Source of the DNA: Tubiluchus corallicola
Lineage: Eukaryota > Animalia > Priapulida
Direction of reading: 5' to 3'
Length of the DNA stretch: 64,000 nt
NCBI GenBank assembly: GCA_030141605.1
Contig: JAQGDQ010002366.1
Span: forward strand, 442,660 to 506,659
Of this stretch, positions 49,905 through 62,031 are shown piece by piece. Position 1 is the first letter of the stretch; each line of letters begins with the position of its first letter. The notes under the pieces were generated by a model that saw only the letters and a list, made by a program, of their open reading frames with translations, made no database searches and was not told the origin of the DNA. The translations under genes were made by a program, and so were the position numbers.

Positions 49905-51165
49905 TCATTCAGTTTGTCCCATTGAGACCTTTCATTTGATATACAACATGCATGCTAGATCCTGGAATACTTTTGGTAGACCCTGGAAAGCATTTGTCTC
50001 TTCGAATTCTTTTTTCCCCTAATAAGGACACAGGTTACCGACTCACACTGTAACCTATACCATTCGATTCGCCTCATCAAGACCTTTCATTTGATATGTT
50101 ACATGGTACTATTCGTTAGACACTCGATTAATTTCTGTTCCTGACCCCTACTGGGGTCAAAGACCAACTAGTTTCGGCATAACTTATACCATTCGGTTTG
50201 CCCCATCGAGACCTTTCATTTGATATGCTACAAGCTACTTCCGGTCGACACTGGAAGGCATTTGTCTCCTCGACCCCTATTTTGCCTCCTAGCAGGGTCG
50301 TGGATTAACGATTCTCATTGTAACCTATACTATTCGATTCGTCTCGTCAGTACCTTTCATTTGATGTGCTACATGGTACTATTCGTAGACACTCGATGCA
50401 TTTCTGTTCCCAACCTCCATTTTTCGGTTTTTCCCCCTTAGAGGAAAATTTTCTCCCTCCGTATTACCCATATTCTGACATGTCCAACAACTTGGCCCCG
50501 CCTAACTATATACCAAATATTGTGGCCCTAGCTCAAAAACTATGGGAGCAGATAGATCCTAAAGAAAATAAATGAAGAAATGACTGCTCCGTGACCTTTC
50601 ACCCGGCAACTCGGGTGACATGAATACGTAGATACCATTGCCCTGAATGTACTCTGTGGGTTTTGTATCTCTAGCCTTCAGCATGCAAAAGGTCACCAAT
50701 TTAGGGACCCAAATTTTGCATTTTGGCCCCTCACTTGGGCGTCTAAGGCTTGTCAGCTTTTTAAAACCCCAGGTGCACATCTACACCACAGTACCCAAAT
50801 ACTTGTGAAAAAATGGAAAAAAACGAAAGCAATGGGAGTTCAATCAAGGAAAAACTGACTAACGCCCATGCCCTTTGCCCCTGACCAGTGGTCAGCGGTC
50901 AACACGCTGTTGTACGTCTCTCGCCCAGGGATACGCACTCTGTGAGTTTGGTGACCTTAGCTTGCAAGGCTTAAGAGCTATTAAGCGTTAAAGCGAGAAT
51001 AAATAATAAATAATATGAGTAATGATAACCGGATGAAAAACAGTAATGTAGCAAAATATTAATAATAACTCAATGAAAAACAGTAAGTTTTTTTAAATCT
51101 TAATAATAAGAATTTTAACACCGGCTGAAAAACAGTAAGATTTTGTTAGGGCAAAATTTTAATTA
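49905..51165 (+). mobile_element. Non-autonomous repeat with an internal ~135-bp tandem array and a 3' hairpin (Helentron/HINE-like)
   Basis: Four monomers share (g)acctttcatttgat (about 49927, 50081, 50210, 50352) in an A-B-A-B pattern. The 3' end has three copies of gaaaaacagtaa followed by a small hairpin (e.g. taagattttg-ttaggg-caaaatttta). Confidence 0.45.
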
Positions 51166-52508
51166 TAAAGCCTAATAAAATGGAATTAATGAACAAAAGG
51201 ACATGCAAGCAAAACAGTAATAAACAAACTGTAGGCCTAAATATAATTAATGAGATTTTTCACAAACTATTCACTATAAAATGTCTTTTCTATAAAAAAG
51301 ACAGAACATAAAAACATAATTAATTTAAATAAAAACACAGTTAGTACTATATGGTGCAAAACAGGGCTTCAGCCTTCAGGATAAAACTGAACAAAGAATT
51401 GGATTTTAATATCTAAAGTTATGTTGTCTGACGCCAAATTTTGCCCATAAAGCCTACCCCTTTGTTTTTCCACTTAGACTGTTAATTCGTTTTACCTTAA
51501 TTGTTGGCCTGTCTTATAATTTGTGTTTTTAAAGTTTTCCCAAAAACATGCAGGAGAAAGATTTGAAAATATAGTTTTGTTACTAAAATTTTCTAGGAAT
51601 TGCGAATATACCTTTCATTTTTAGGATGACACTTTTTGTTGAATCCGGTCTTTTAGCAAGATATAGTTTAAAATTGTTAACATGATGATGTAAACCGGTG
51701 TAAATTATAAAAATGGACTTAATATATTGGTTTTCGGAAAGATCCAAGTCTGCTTTCTGCAGCCCAGGAGCACCTATTATATCAAGATGTTGCATGGATT
51801 TCACCTCTCTGAAAGCGTCTGCAGCAATCCACTAAAGCTTCCGGTTCCACGTCAACTTCAATACGGTAGCGCGTGCACAAATATCCATTGAGCCAAGAAA
51901 CTGCAACTTGGATTCACTTATCTCCAATGTGCCGTATTTCTTCTATTTTAGATAACAAAACGGAAGTGAGTACGGAAGTATATTGTAAAGCTGCAACTTC
52001 TTTGTCTGCGATTCCAAGTTCGCGCCTATTTCATTAAGGTCTAGATTGCCTAAAACAACCTTCTGTCCACAGTTCATTTTGCAAGGAAGTTGCATTTCAT
52101 AGGAACACAGCCGAAAAATAAATTCACCGCATTCCGTTTCATCGCCCACCTCGTGTAAATGCCGTTTTAAAACATCAGACTAAAAAACCCTTGGAGAGCA
52201 AAACTGGAATAAGATATTGAAAGGCCAACAAAGTGAACAAACGCCATCCATAAAACGAACTGCACATGCAACATGATGAAACCAGCAAATCGACATTTCA
52301 CGGTTTAATTCTGACAGCCATGACTTTAGTTGGCTTTGAGCACGGAGATGTGTGCGACACTCAGTGACAGAGAAAACAGCAGTCTTCGAATATTTCGATT
52401 TCCTGCGTCATAATGCAATTGCGACTGATATAATAACAACTTGAACATAAAGGTCAAAATACCAAACACGAGAAGCTAGAGAACTGAAATTGAAATGTGT
52501 AAGTATAA

Positions 52509-52715
52509 TGGCGCGCCCAGCTAGAGAGTACTTTCGCAACTTATTGCGCAACTTCTTCTCTGAGAGTGAACTCGCAAGTGTGAACGGCTTGCCAACTTCT
52601 CTCGCAACTTACTGCAAACTCAGCAAGAGTTTCTGAGAATTCATGCGCAAGTTGACACTCTCAGAGAGAATTTAAGCAGTAAGTTAAGAGAGAACTCTCT
52701 AGTCTGAATTCGCCA
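52509..52715. mobile_element. PIF/Harbinger-like MITE
   Basis: TAA|TGGCG..CAGCTAGAGAGTACTTTCGCAACTTATTGC ... GCAGTAAGTTAAGAGAGAACTCTCTAGTCTG..CGCCA|TTA; TWA flanks and an extended internal palindrome. Confidence 0.6.
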
Positions 52716-53470
52716 TTAGACAGCCATTGATGATGTTTTCTCAGTGATGTACGAAATAAGACAGAGTTGATGCTTCAGTAAATGAGTTCAAAACTTCAAA
52801 GTCCCACACGAATGATATCGGCTTAAGGGCAAATGGTTCAAGATAAAGCACGTTAAACAGTAATGCAACCAAGAAATTGTGCAATGCTGCATTAAACACT
52901 CGAGTGAGTAAACTACATTATTTTATTTTACTTTATTTGCAATTATTAAAATTACAAGATAAAATCATAAAAAAAGAAAAAATGCGGCACAAAAGTCGAC
53001 ACAAAAATACATTAATTGTGCACACGTCACATAATTGTTTTAAGAAAGTACTATTCGTTATCGTTTTCCATTAATAACCTTTAACGAACGGTCATAACGC
53101 ATTAATGTCAGGCTTCAAATAGCCGCCTTATAGATAAAATACTAAATTATCATCAGTGCAATATTTCATTGTATATCGCATGTTGTAAATGGGCAATGAC
53201 AAAAAATATGCTCTTCGCTTTGAACATTTACTTTATCACATGGACGCACTCCTCTAGCTCGATTATTTATCATCGTGGTGTCAGAGAGAACAAGCGCGAT
53301 TAACTTTTTAAAAAGAAAATGCAAAACAGTACTAACAAAAAGCTGAATTTCCAAAACTTTTATATTTTGTGCATGATAGTGATTTTGAGCAGACACTAGG
53401 TTGACTGTACGCCAAGTTTTAATTTCAATGTAAAAAAGATTTGTGTCAAGCCTTTCACAATTAAGTGGAG

Positions 53471-56015
53471 CAGTGGCGGTTCGTGTATAGGTACAGTGGT
53501 ATTGCAACACCTCCTATTTTTACTTGATATTATCGATAATATTTAATATAATAAGTCATGCTTCTTTAGTTCGTTCTTTATACTTGTACGGAATCAGAGC
53601 AGGTGAAGCTAGTACTGTTTCCTTCACAGTGCAGCACAGTGCGCTCCAGCAAGGCGGTATTTGGATGTTGTGCGCTTACGGCCATGTACACGTCTGAGCA
53701 CATGCACATGTAGTTATTGAAAGTGCAAGCGAGTAAAATTTATTTTGTTTGTATAGTGGATAGTAGGTTGTATGAGCTGTGTGTAGCTGCTTATTAATGC
53801 TTCAGGAATGGCAAAGCTATTAAGAGTTTATTTATAAAATGACACGTTTATTAAATATGAACAGAATATATGGCCATGCCAAAGGCCTATTAGATAAGTT
53901 ATTCCACTATGGCATTAGAGGGGTCGCATACTCATGGTTTGTTAATTACCTCAAGGACCGAACTCAAGCAGTCAGATGTAACAATGTTCTTTCTAACGAA
54001 GTAATAGTCACACACGGAGTACCCCAGGGATCGATTTTGGGACCTCTGTTGTTTTCAATATACATTAATGACTTACAAAACTGTATTACTGACAATGGCA
54101 ATGTCTTCCAATTTGCTGATGACACAAGTGTTTTTTCAAGATCAACAGCAAGTTACTTGACATTAACATTATTAATAGTGAACTCAGTAAAATTACAGCC
54201 TGGTTTAAAATCAATAAATTAGCACTAAACTCACCTAAAACTAAATACATTTTATTCAGAGCTCGTAACAAACCCATAAATATGAACAGTATTATAAAAA
54301 TTGGTGGTAATGCTGTAGAACAAGTAAGCGAAATGAAGTTCCTAGGTGTTATGTTAAATGAACACCTAGATTGGAAACCACACTTAAACATGATTCATTC
54401 TAAAATTGCTAAAACATCGGGTTAATCAGTCGAGTTAAACATTGTTTTACAAAATAACACCTAATCACTCTTTATAATTGTCTAGTACTGCCATACTTGA
54501 CCTACTGTAATATACTTTGGGGGCACATCTACCTTTCAACTCTAGTTAAAATAAACTCTCTACAACGTAAATTTATAAGATTGATAGCTAATTTGAACAA
54601 GCGTGAACATGTAGGTCTTAATCTTTTTAAGAATTATTCTATCCTAGTGCTAAATGATCTAATAAACCTGAATACCGCTGTGTACATCTACAAAACTAAA
54701 CATAAACTTCACCCCGCTTTCTTTTTAAACCCATTATCTATTAACGTAAGACATTACTCAACAAGATTTAACGAATTTCGTATTAAGTATTGCAGGACTG
54801 ACGCGGCAAGGCACTTCATCACTAACACTGGCCCTAGACTTTGGAATAACAGCAACGAATACATAAAAAATTCTCTATCTATAAATAACTTCAAAAGAAA
54901 TTTTAAAAGTGAAATCTTTTCTAATTATACAGAATAAATCAATTTGATTAATTATGCTGCTGTCCCTCTCAGAATCCATTGTGTTGCTGGCTATGTCAAT
55001 TTTTACATTTCTATAGTTTATGTTACCTCATACAGATACCAACACATCTTTCTGTTCTCTATTAACCTTTCTTTCTACTCCTTTACTGCTCTTTTCTCTT
55101 ACACTCAGTCCACATTCATTCGGGGTACTCTAAACAAGTAATTACTTCTTGAGTACCCCACGGGTCATTTGCGGCTTGGCATCTTGTGCACATAATAATA
55201 AATATAATATTAAATACTTTTATGTACAATGCTGTAATGATCATTGTGGATATATGTAATAAATAAATAAATAAGGTTCTTACAGTTAAAAGTGTCTGTG
55301 GGCTAAAGATGTGGCTGGTTTTGAGTCTAAAGAAAAGGGAGTTCTGCTTCTGCGCAATTGAATTTAGGTCAGAGCTAATAGTGGATAGTACGTTGTATGA
55401 GCTGTGTGTAGCTGCCTACTGATGCTTGAGGAATGGCAAAGCTATTAAGAGTTTATTTATAAAATGACACGTTTATTAAATATCAACACAATAAATATAA
55501 TATATAGCAATGCCAAAGGCCCCTGATCTGACGGTCGATACGCTCCGGCTTCCAGGCTCGATCTGAGACTGAATTCCTGGGCTGACGGCTCCGCGCACTT
55601 TATATACGTACGCTCTGTGCCGCTGCTCGTTTCTTAGATCACGTAATCACGTGACACCACTCCTTAACTGGCTTCATCATACGAGCATCTATCAACATAA
55701 TTATTTAACATAATCTACTGCTCTTAGCATAATTTAACAGGTTCTCTTTACTAAGCGCACACAGTTTGTTGTCAGTTGTCACAGGTTTACCGTGCACGGA
55801 TCAATCTTGAACTGCGATATTTGTCTATTAGTAAGCAAAACATATTTTTTGTTTAGGTTTTTATGAATTTTATATATAAACTTTCGTATGTTTGTTTATT
55901 TAAAATTACAACATTAAAATTACATATATTTGTTTTATTTTACACAAAATTAAAACAATAGCTAAAAATTTTCTGCAGCAGCACCACCACTAATTTTAGC
56001 TACGAGCCGCCAATG
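53471..56015. mobile_element. Non-autonomous hAT-type element containing a nested LINE
   Basis: TIR CAGTGGCGGTTCGT / ACGAGCCGCCAATG with an exact 8-bp TSD AAGTGGAG at 53463-53470 and 56016-56023. Confidence 0.75.
53888..55273 (+). mobile_element. 5'-truncated CR1/L2-group LINE (RT C-half, 3'UTR, (AAAT)n tail)
   Basis: LLDKLFHYGIRG..YSWF.NYL, GVPQGSILGPLLFSIYINDL, FADDT, KFLGV, YCNILWG, GPRLWN; 3'UTR stem-loop ggggtactc...gagtacccc (55122-55159); tail aataaataaataaataa ending at 55273. Confidence 0.9.
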
Positions 56016-57966
56016 AAGTGGAGTAAATGTAGCCCTGTAATTATTTTGTTATTCATTCTCTTAAACTCTATTTTGTTGTTTTTCGTGACTCACTGTATTG
56101 AATACTCTGCATGTGAACTGCAAACAAATGAAATAAAAAGAATTATAATGTTATTTAACCAATTAATTCAGATAATTAACACGTGCTAGTCTCCCTTTTG
56201 AATACAGTGGTCTCCCACATATCACATTCATAAGTCATTTATTTCACAAACACATTAAAAATTTACAATTTTGTATACAAAAATATTGTGAAAGGGCCTA
56301 CAATGAACATAATACAATTCATTTTTACTTCCCCCCCCATGTGAAAGTAAAAAAGTAATAAAATTATGAAAATTTTGAGGTGACTCATGTGATAAATAAA
56401 ACATTTTGTGCTTCAGAGTGGAATGATAATTATAATGAATAAAGCTCACATATGGGATGACATAAAAGATAGAAAGACTATTACTAGTTAAAATATTAGT
56501 CATAAGATTAGGCATGCGCATAAACAAATTAAGATAACTGGTTTAAGATACAGTGAAAAAAATTACGCTTCCATAAGAAATCACTGCCCCTGCACTCAAT
56601 AGGGAAACTTGCACTTGTTATTTATTCGACCCGATCTTACCAAGATTATGATATGCCATGGAAAGCCCTTTATTTAAACTGGATTGATAATACAAAGTAT
56701 TACTACGAAGACACTCGATGAAAAACTTTATTGCCATGGTGTTTTTGATAAATGTTGTATTTGTAGAATTGCAGGTAAGCATATCTAGTCTCACCTCTTA
56801 GACGCGAGACCCTATGAACAGTTACGTCATATCATTACAGCATGATGTTGAACATAATCATGATGAACACGATATACTGAACCTTACACACAAATAGTGG
56901 CTGTTTTTTCGTGTTTCGCTTCTTTTGCAAAAATAGCTGCTACAGCATAATGCGATGATTTTTTCTTGAACCATTTCATTTCTGATAGTCTTGGCTCAGT
57001 TATTAAATATCAACTTTGTCTTTTAATTGCCCTCTATATAGTATCTATATTAGTACTTTGTTAGTAAATGCACTGATCTGATAAGTTGTTCTGTCTCGGA
57101 TCTTTACCAGTCAAGAATGCAACAAGACTGAAATGCTACTAAAACATGAACTTAAATGCAATGAATGTTCATTTTGTGGATCAACTCAGAGAGGAATCAC
57201 TACTTGCCGGTTTAACATCAGATTTACTGTAAATAAAGTGCCAAAGCATAGTGGTTATTAGAGATCAAGGTCTCTAGAGAGGTCAAGAAATTGTAAGGCC
57301 AGTTTTCCAAGGTTTAATGAGAAAAACCAATGGGTTCAAAACTGGTTTTGCTAAGATAAAACCCTAGAATGTAACTAAAAGTGTGTGCTGTGGTCCACAT
57401 ATTAAATTACCAATGGACAAAACATAAACACGACAAATTTGTCCTTCAAATACACGTTTATAAAACTACAGCTTCTTTTCATGTATTGCAATATGGCATT
57501 ACAGAACTGCAGAGATCTGAGGAATAGATTGTGCATAAATCTTCAAACACTGATAGCAGTCTGGTGTATTGTGGTTTGATTCTCAGATTATATCACTCTC
57601 AAAACTAAATGTTACAGACTCATGCAATTATTGTTTGTTCTGTTCTATATATATTAACAACATATTCATTAATTGTACCACATTAAGAAATTGAAATTAC
57701 AGCATTACAATGGATGATTAAACAGGGTAACATAGTAATTCATGCTAATCGTAGACTAAGCATAGTATATTTGCCAGTAAAATGTTACAGAATTTCTGAA
57801 GCCTTTGCCACAATTACTTCATGTGCTAGAAAACTAGAATAATCTTTGCAGATACAATGTATTGCTTGAGTAACTGGACAACCCTACGTTGCACTGCAAA
57901 AAGTTTAATAACAAAACTGCCAAATGATTCGCAGACTAGTAATACAAACTAACATCAAAATTGTAT

Positions 57967-58099
57967 TAAGGCCTTCTCTTCCTCGTCCATCCATGCGTTC
58001 ATTGCCTGTCAGTTAAGAAAAAACAACTGTCTAAGGCGTTCTTTTCCTCGTGCATCTATGTGTCCATTACTTGCCAATCCAGAAAAAAACATCTGTCTA
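57967..58099. repeat. Diverged 2 x 65-bp tandem duplication downstream of the P450 stop
   Basis: taaggccttctcttcctcgtccatccatgcg...aaaaaacaactgtc is repeated as taaggcgttcttttcctcgtgcatctatgtg...aaaaaacatctgtc. Confidence 0.7.
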
Positions 58100-58303
58100 A
58101 AGACTCAGTACATGATTGAGGCATTGAGCAATAACTTACCTAACTAAAGAGGGATCTATGTTTAATAAATTAACTGTAACAGCATATTCTAGTAATTTAG
58201 CAAAACAGTGAATTTTATGCTGCTGTGAAACTAAAATATCTTTATCTAGCTCAGCACTATAAATTAGATAATAACACATATAATTTCCTAAAAAACATGA
58301 AGA

Positions 58304-61300
58304 TCAAATAAATCTGGGTGTAGCAGTCAACTTGTACATGGGTGGAGCAATCGGTTGTCTTTTAGCTGTAATTACTGCTTCTGTTGTCTCACAGTGTAGA
58401 CGGAATTCTTGCAGTAAGCAGGTGATAAACAAAATCAACTCCATTTTAGCCAATGCCTCACCTGGACAAGCTCGTCTACCTACAAAAAATTAGTGCAATA
58501 CTAGTACCTTGTGCAGAAATTATTATATAAAAAATTTGTATAATTTGTGAAAAATGTGTTTAAAGAAATCAAATGAAAGAAACATAATCATATATAATCA
58601 CGGTAGTTTTAGAAAAGTGTGTTTAGATTAGTTTAGAAAAGGTTTAGATTAGTATAATCACAAAGTTGTTTTAGAAAAAAATAAAATGTCATGATGGATA
58701 AGTTTTTTGGGGCATGAGAACCTCTCTTACATTTCTCAGAATGTCGTGTAACGCAAGTATGATAACACTCACCATAGTGCTGACAGTCTTTGTTAAAATT
58801 TAACCACTCAAATAACCAACTACAAGGGAGGCTCTAGGTAGTTTTAGCACCTCTCTCCTCAACATTAAATTACTTTTTCTTGTATAATATTACAAGAAAT
58901 GTAATTAGGCTTAAATACGTATTATAGTGTACTAATTAGTGTACTTAATTACCTATCTACAGCTTATGTTGATTTCATTTGAAACTGAATTTATGGTCCA
59001 TTTGTACGCCATGGATCCTCACAAGTGAACAAATTTCTGCAATTTCTGGTACTCTTGGCTAGATTTCCCCTCAAGTTTTCGCCAGAAAATTTTTGAATCT
59101 CTAACTCCTTTTTTTCACACGTATATCCATTCCAATAGCATCATCATCTTCACAACCACAAGTGATTGCAAACACTTCCTTAGAGATTCTTTTTGCTGTT
59201 CAATATCACCACTTGCATGCATTTTACATTTCCTAGGCTACCTAGCTTGCCTAGTGGTAAAGCCAGCCCTGGCCAACTATTGCTTCATACTAACAAACTC
59301 AGCCCTGCAAACTTTTCATGGTCTTGTAAATGTTGCAATAGACTTTACCTATAGAAAATGGTAGAAAGTTTTTCATTTTTCGAAGTTTGTTATTCAAATC
59401 CAGAAAACGTTGAGGACAAAAAGTGTGTGGATCTTTCCAGAATTCGCTATCCATGTGCAATGCCCAGATGTTTGGAAAGATAATGCTACGTTTTGGGATG
59501 TAATATCCACATAGCTTTGTGTCTTCCAAATTAGAATGAACTATACCCAGAGGAACTACAGCACCACATCGTTGCACCTCGTTGATTGTTGCTTCAGTAA
59601 ATGACAAATGACTATGATCCTAAAATGCAATACAGTATGATACGTTACGTACAAAGCAAATTTACAAAGTATCCATTAATATTAGGTGGTACAGAAAAAT
59701 GTGCCCAAGTTTAGAGTAGAATAAGATTATAAGCAAGTGATCTACAAAGCTTAAATTTCACGGCATGATACTATAATATTTTAGTTTTCGGTTGTGAAAG
59801 TTACAAGTTTATATTTTTAGTAGCTTTTAAGTTGTGGCCAAAATACTTTTCGTGTTAAAAACTGAAATGCCAGAACAATGTCAGCTATAATCACCAACTA
59901 AAAACAGCCACGTGGATGTATTTAAAAAGCTCTATACATGGCAGCAAAACAATAAAGGAATCAATCAGTTCATATAATGGTCTTCACCACAAAATAAACT
60001 GCACTAGCTAATGCTTGTGTTGCGTCTGGATTACTAGGTATTACTAAATTGGGCCTTATGTATCTGTCATGGCTGCCGTGATTAATAACAGCACTACTAT
60101 TGTTTCAACCATACGTGTTTTCACTGGTGACGGGTAAGTCAAACAAAAAGTCACAATTTTGGCTAGGAAAAGTCACAGGAAAAGTTGCAGTTAAGTTATG
60201 GTGGTCGAAAAATTGTCACCATTTTCACTAGGAAAGAAAGTCAGGAATTAAACAAAAATATTCAAGTCAGTCATAATCGATTTAAGAAACATTTTTAGGG
60301 TTGGAGTTATTTTTTCCTGTGATTTTTTAACCTAGATTTGTTTTTACTAATGTATTCTTATTTTATCTGAGATTATGTAATAAACAAAAGGAGAAGAAAT
60401 GAAGTTGAGCAAAATGTAGACAATTATTTTCAGTTTCCGTTCCTAAAAAAGTGGCCTGTAGTTGCTGAATAGTCACTCGTGTCACATCATTTATCGCCTC
60501 TTTTTGAACATTATATATAATAGTGGTCAAATATTACTATATAAATAAATAATAATGATAATGATAATGGTAATAATTGCCCATCAATTACCATCTTGTG
60601 CAAATACATACTTTGAACTGTGGAAGCCTAGCACAACCAGTTACATTGTCGATTTCAGCTTGTATTCGACTTTGTACACTCTGGTTTCCACTAATGTATA
60701 GAAGTGCCCATCTCAGTGTGAGGAAAGTGGTCATAGTACCTCCAACAAACAGGTTGAGCAAAAAAATCTTGAGCTCTTCAACTAAAACACAACAAACACT
60801 GGTTAATGCATAAAACAAAAATGAAATATAAAAGTTTTTGAAATTATGTACATAGCAAACCAATTATATAAAAACAATAACCAAATCACAACACTTCAGA
60901 GTAACTAACTCACAATCAACAAACATAATTAAAGAAAAGGATGATTTTTCATATCCTACTCCGGTTTCAAATATGGTAAAAAGTATACATTTTAACACCT
61001 ATAATAATGCCACATATTAAGTGTATAAGTGTTACAAATACTTAAATACTAGGTTAAAAATTTAATTAATGGCCAGGGAGTAGTGACGACATCGCAACTG
61101 AAAATAATTTTCAACAGCACAAACAATCAGCGAGCATGTTGCACACGTGATTGCAAAAGCGAAAATTGAAATGCAGTGCTATTGTATAACAATGACTGTG
61201 AAGCAAAAACTCTTGCTAATTTATACTTACAAATTTAACTTTCAAAGAAACAAAGTTAATATTAGTGGCAATGATGCTCTTTATATTTCAAACCTATGAA

Positions 61301-62031
61301 TGCTTAGCTACAATTTTGTCTTTCATGTTCTTACATTAGTACATACTATTTTAACATTTTATCTGCTATTTTTAGCAGATGAGGCCAGGTACGGTGAATA
61401 CTACTGAATAAATATTATAATCTTTGAGACTACAAAGGGCATTATGTTTTTCTCTATTAGTGGCGATGTTTCGAAAAAGTGTCATGTTTTTCAGAAGTTC
61501 ATTCCTTACTTGTAAAAACTGATGCATCATCTGAATTGCGCCTAGCTTGGATTTCTTTTAAAAACTTATCAGTTATGTCTCTGATATGGTCAGGATCAAA
61601 TGTTTGCTGTCGTTCAATTATTTGTTCTAGCAAAAAACTGTGCAATGATGAGATGCCATCTTTTATAGTCTTGTACTCAGTCTTAGCACCAGGTAAGAAC
61701 AACCGCACCATTGGAGCAAAGTTGAGAGGACTGGCATTTCTTGCATACTCAAATGTCATGTCTAGTTTCCGTAGCAGAATCTGGAATGACGCATCGGTAT
61801 AGTCAAATCGCTTGCTGAAGAGGACACTACAGACAATATTAGCAACACTAGTCAGCAGAAAAGAATGGGGATTAAACGGCTGATCTGCAGTACGAAATGC
61901 AGAAAGCAAGTAGGGCATCTCATCCATGATAATCTGCTCCATTTTCGGTTTCCCCATTCCAAAGTCACGCAAAGAAACAAGAGCGAATTTTCTCAGCTGC
62001 TGCCATCTAGGCCCATCGGTAGTTATCACAC
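58304..62031 (-). CDS. Cytochrome P450, CYP2 clan; last four exons, N-terminal exons not resolved
   Basis: Exons (minus strand) 62031-61510, 60781-60612, 59619-59349 and 58479-58304, phase-consistent. Motifs: [19 protein letters not shown] (WxxxR, CYP2 signature), [32 protein letters not shown]-helix [13 protein letters not shown] (ExxR), FCPQRF and the heme motif [19 protein letters not shown]. Confidence 0.93.
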
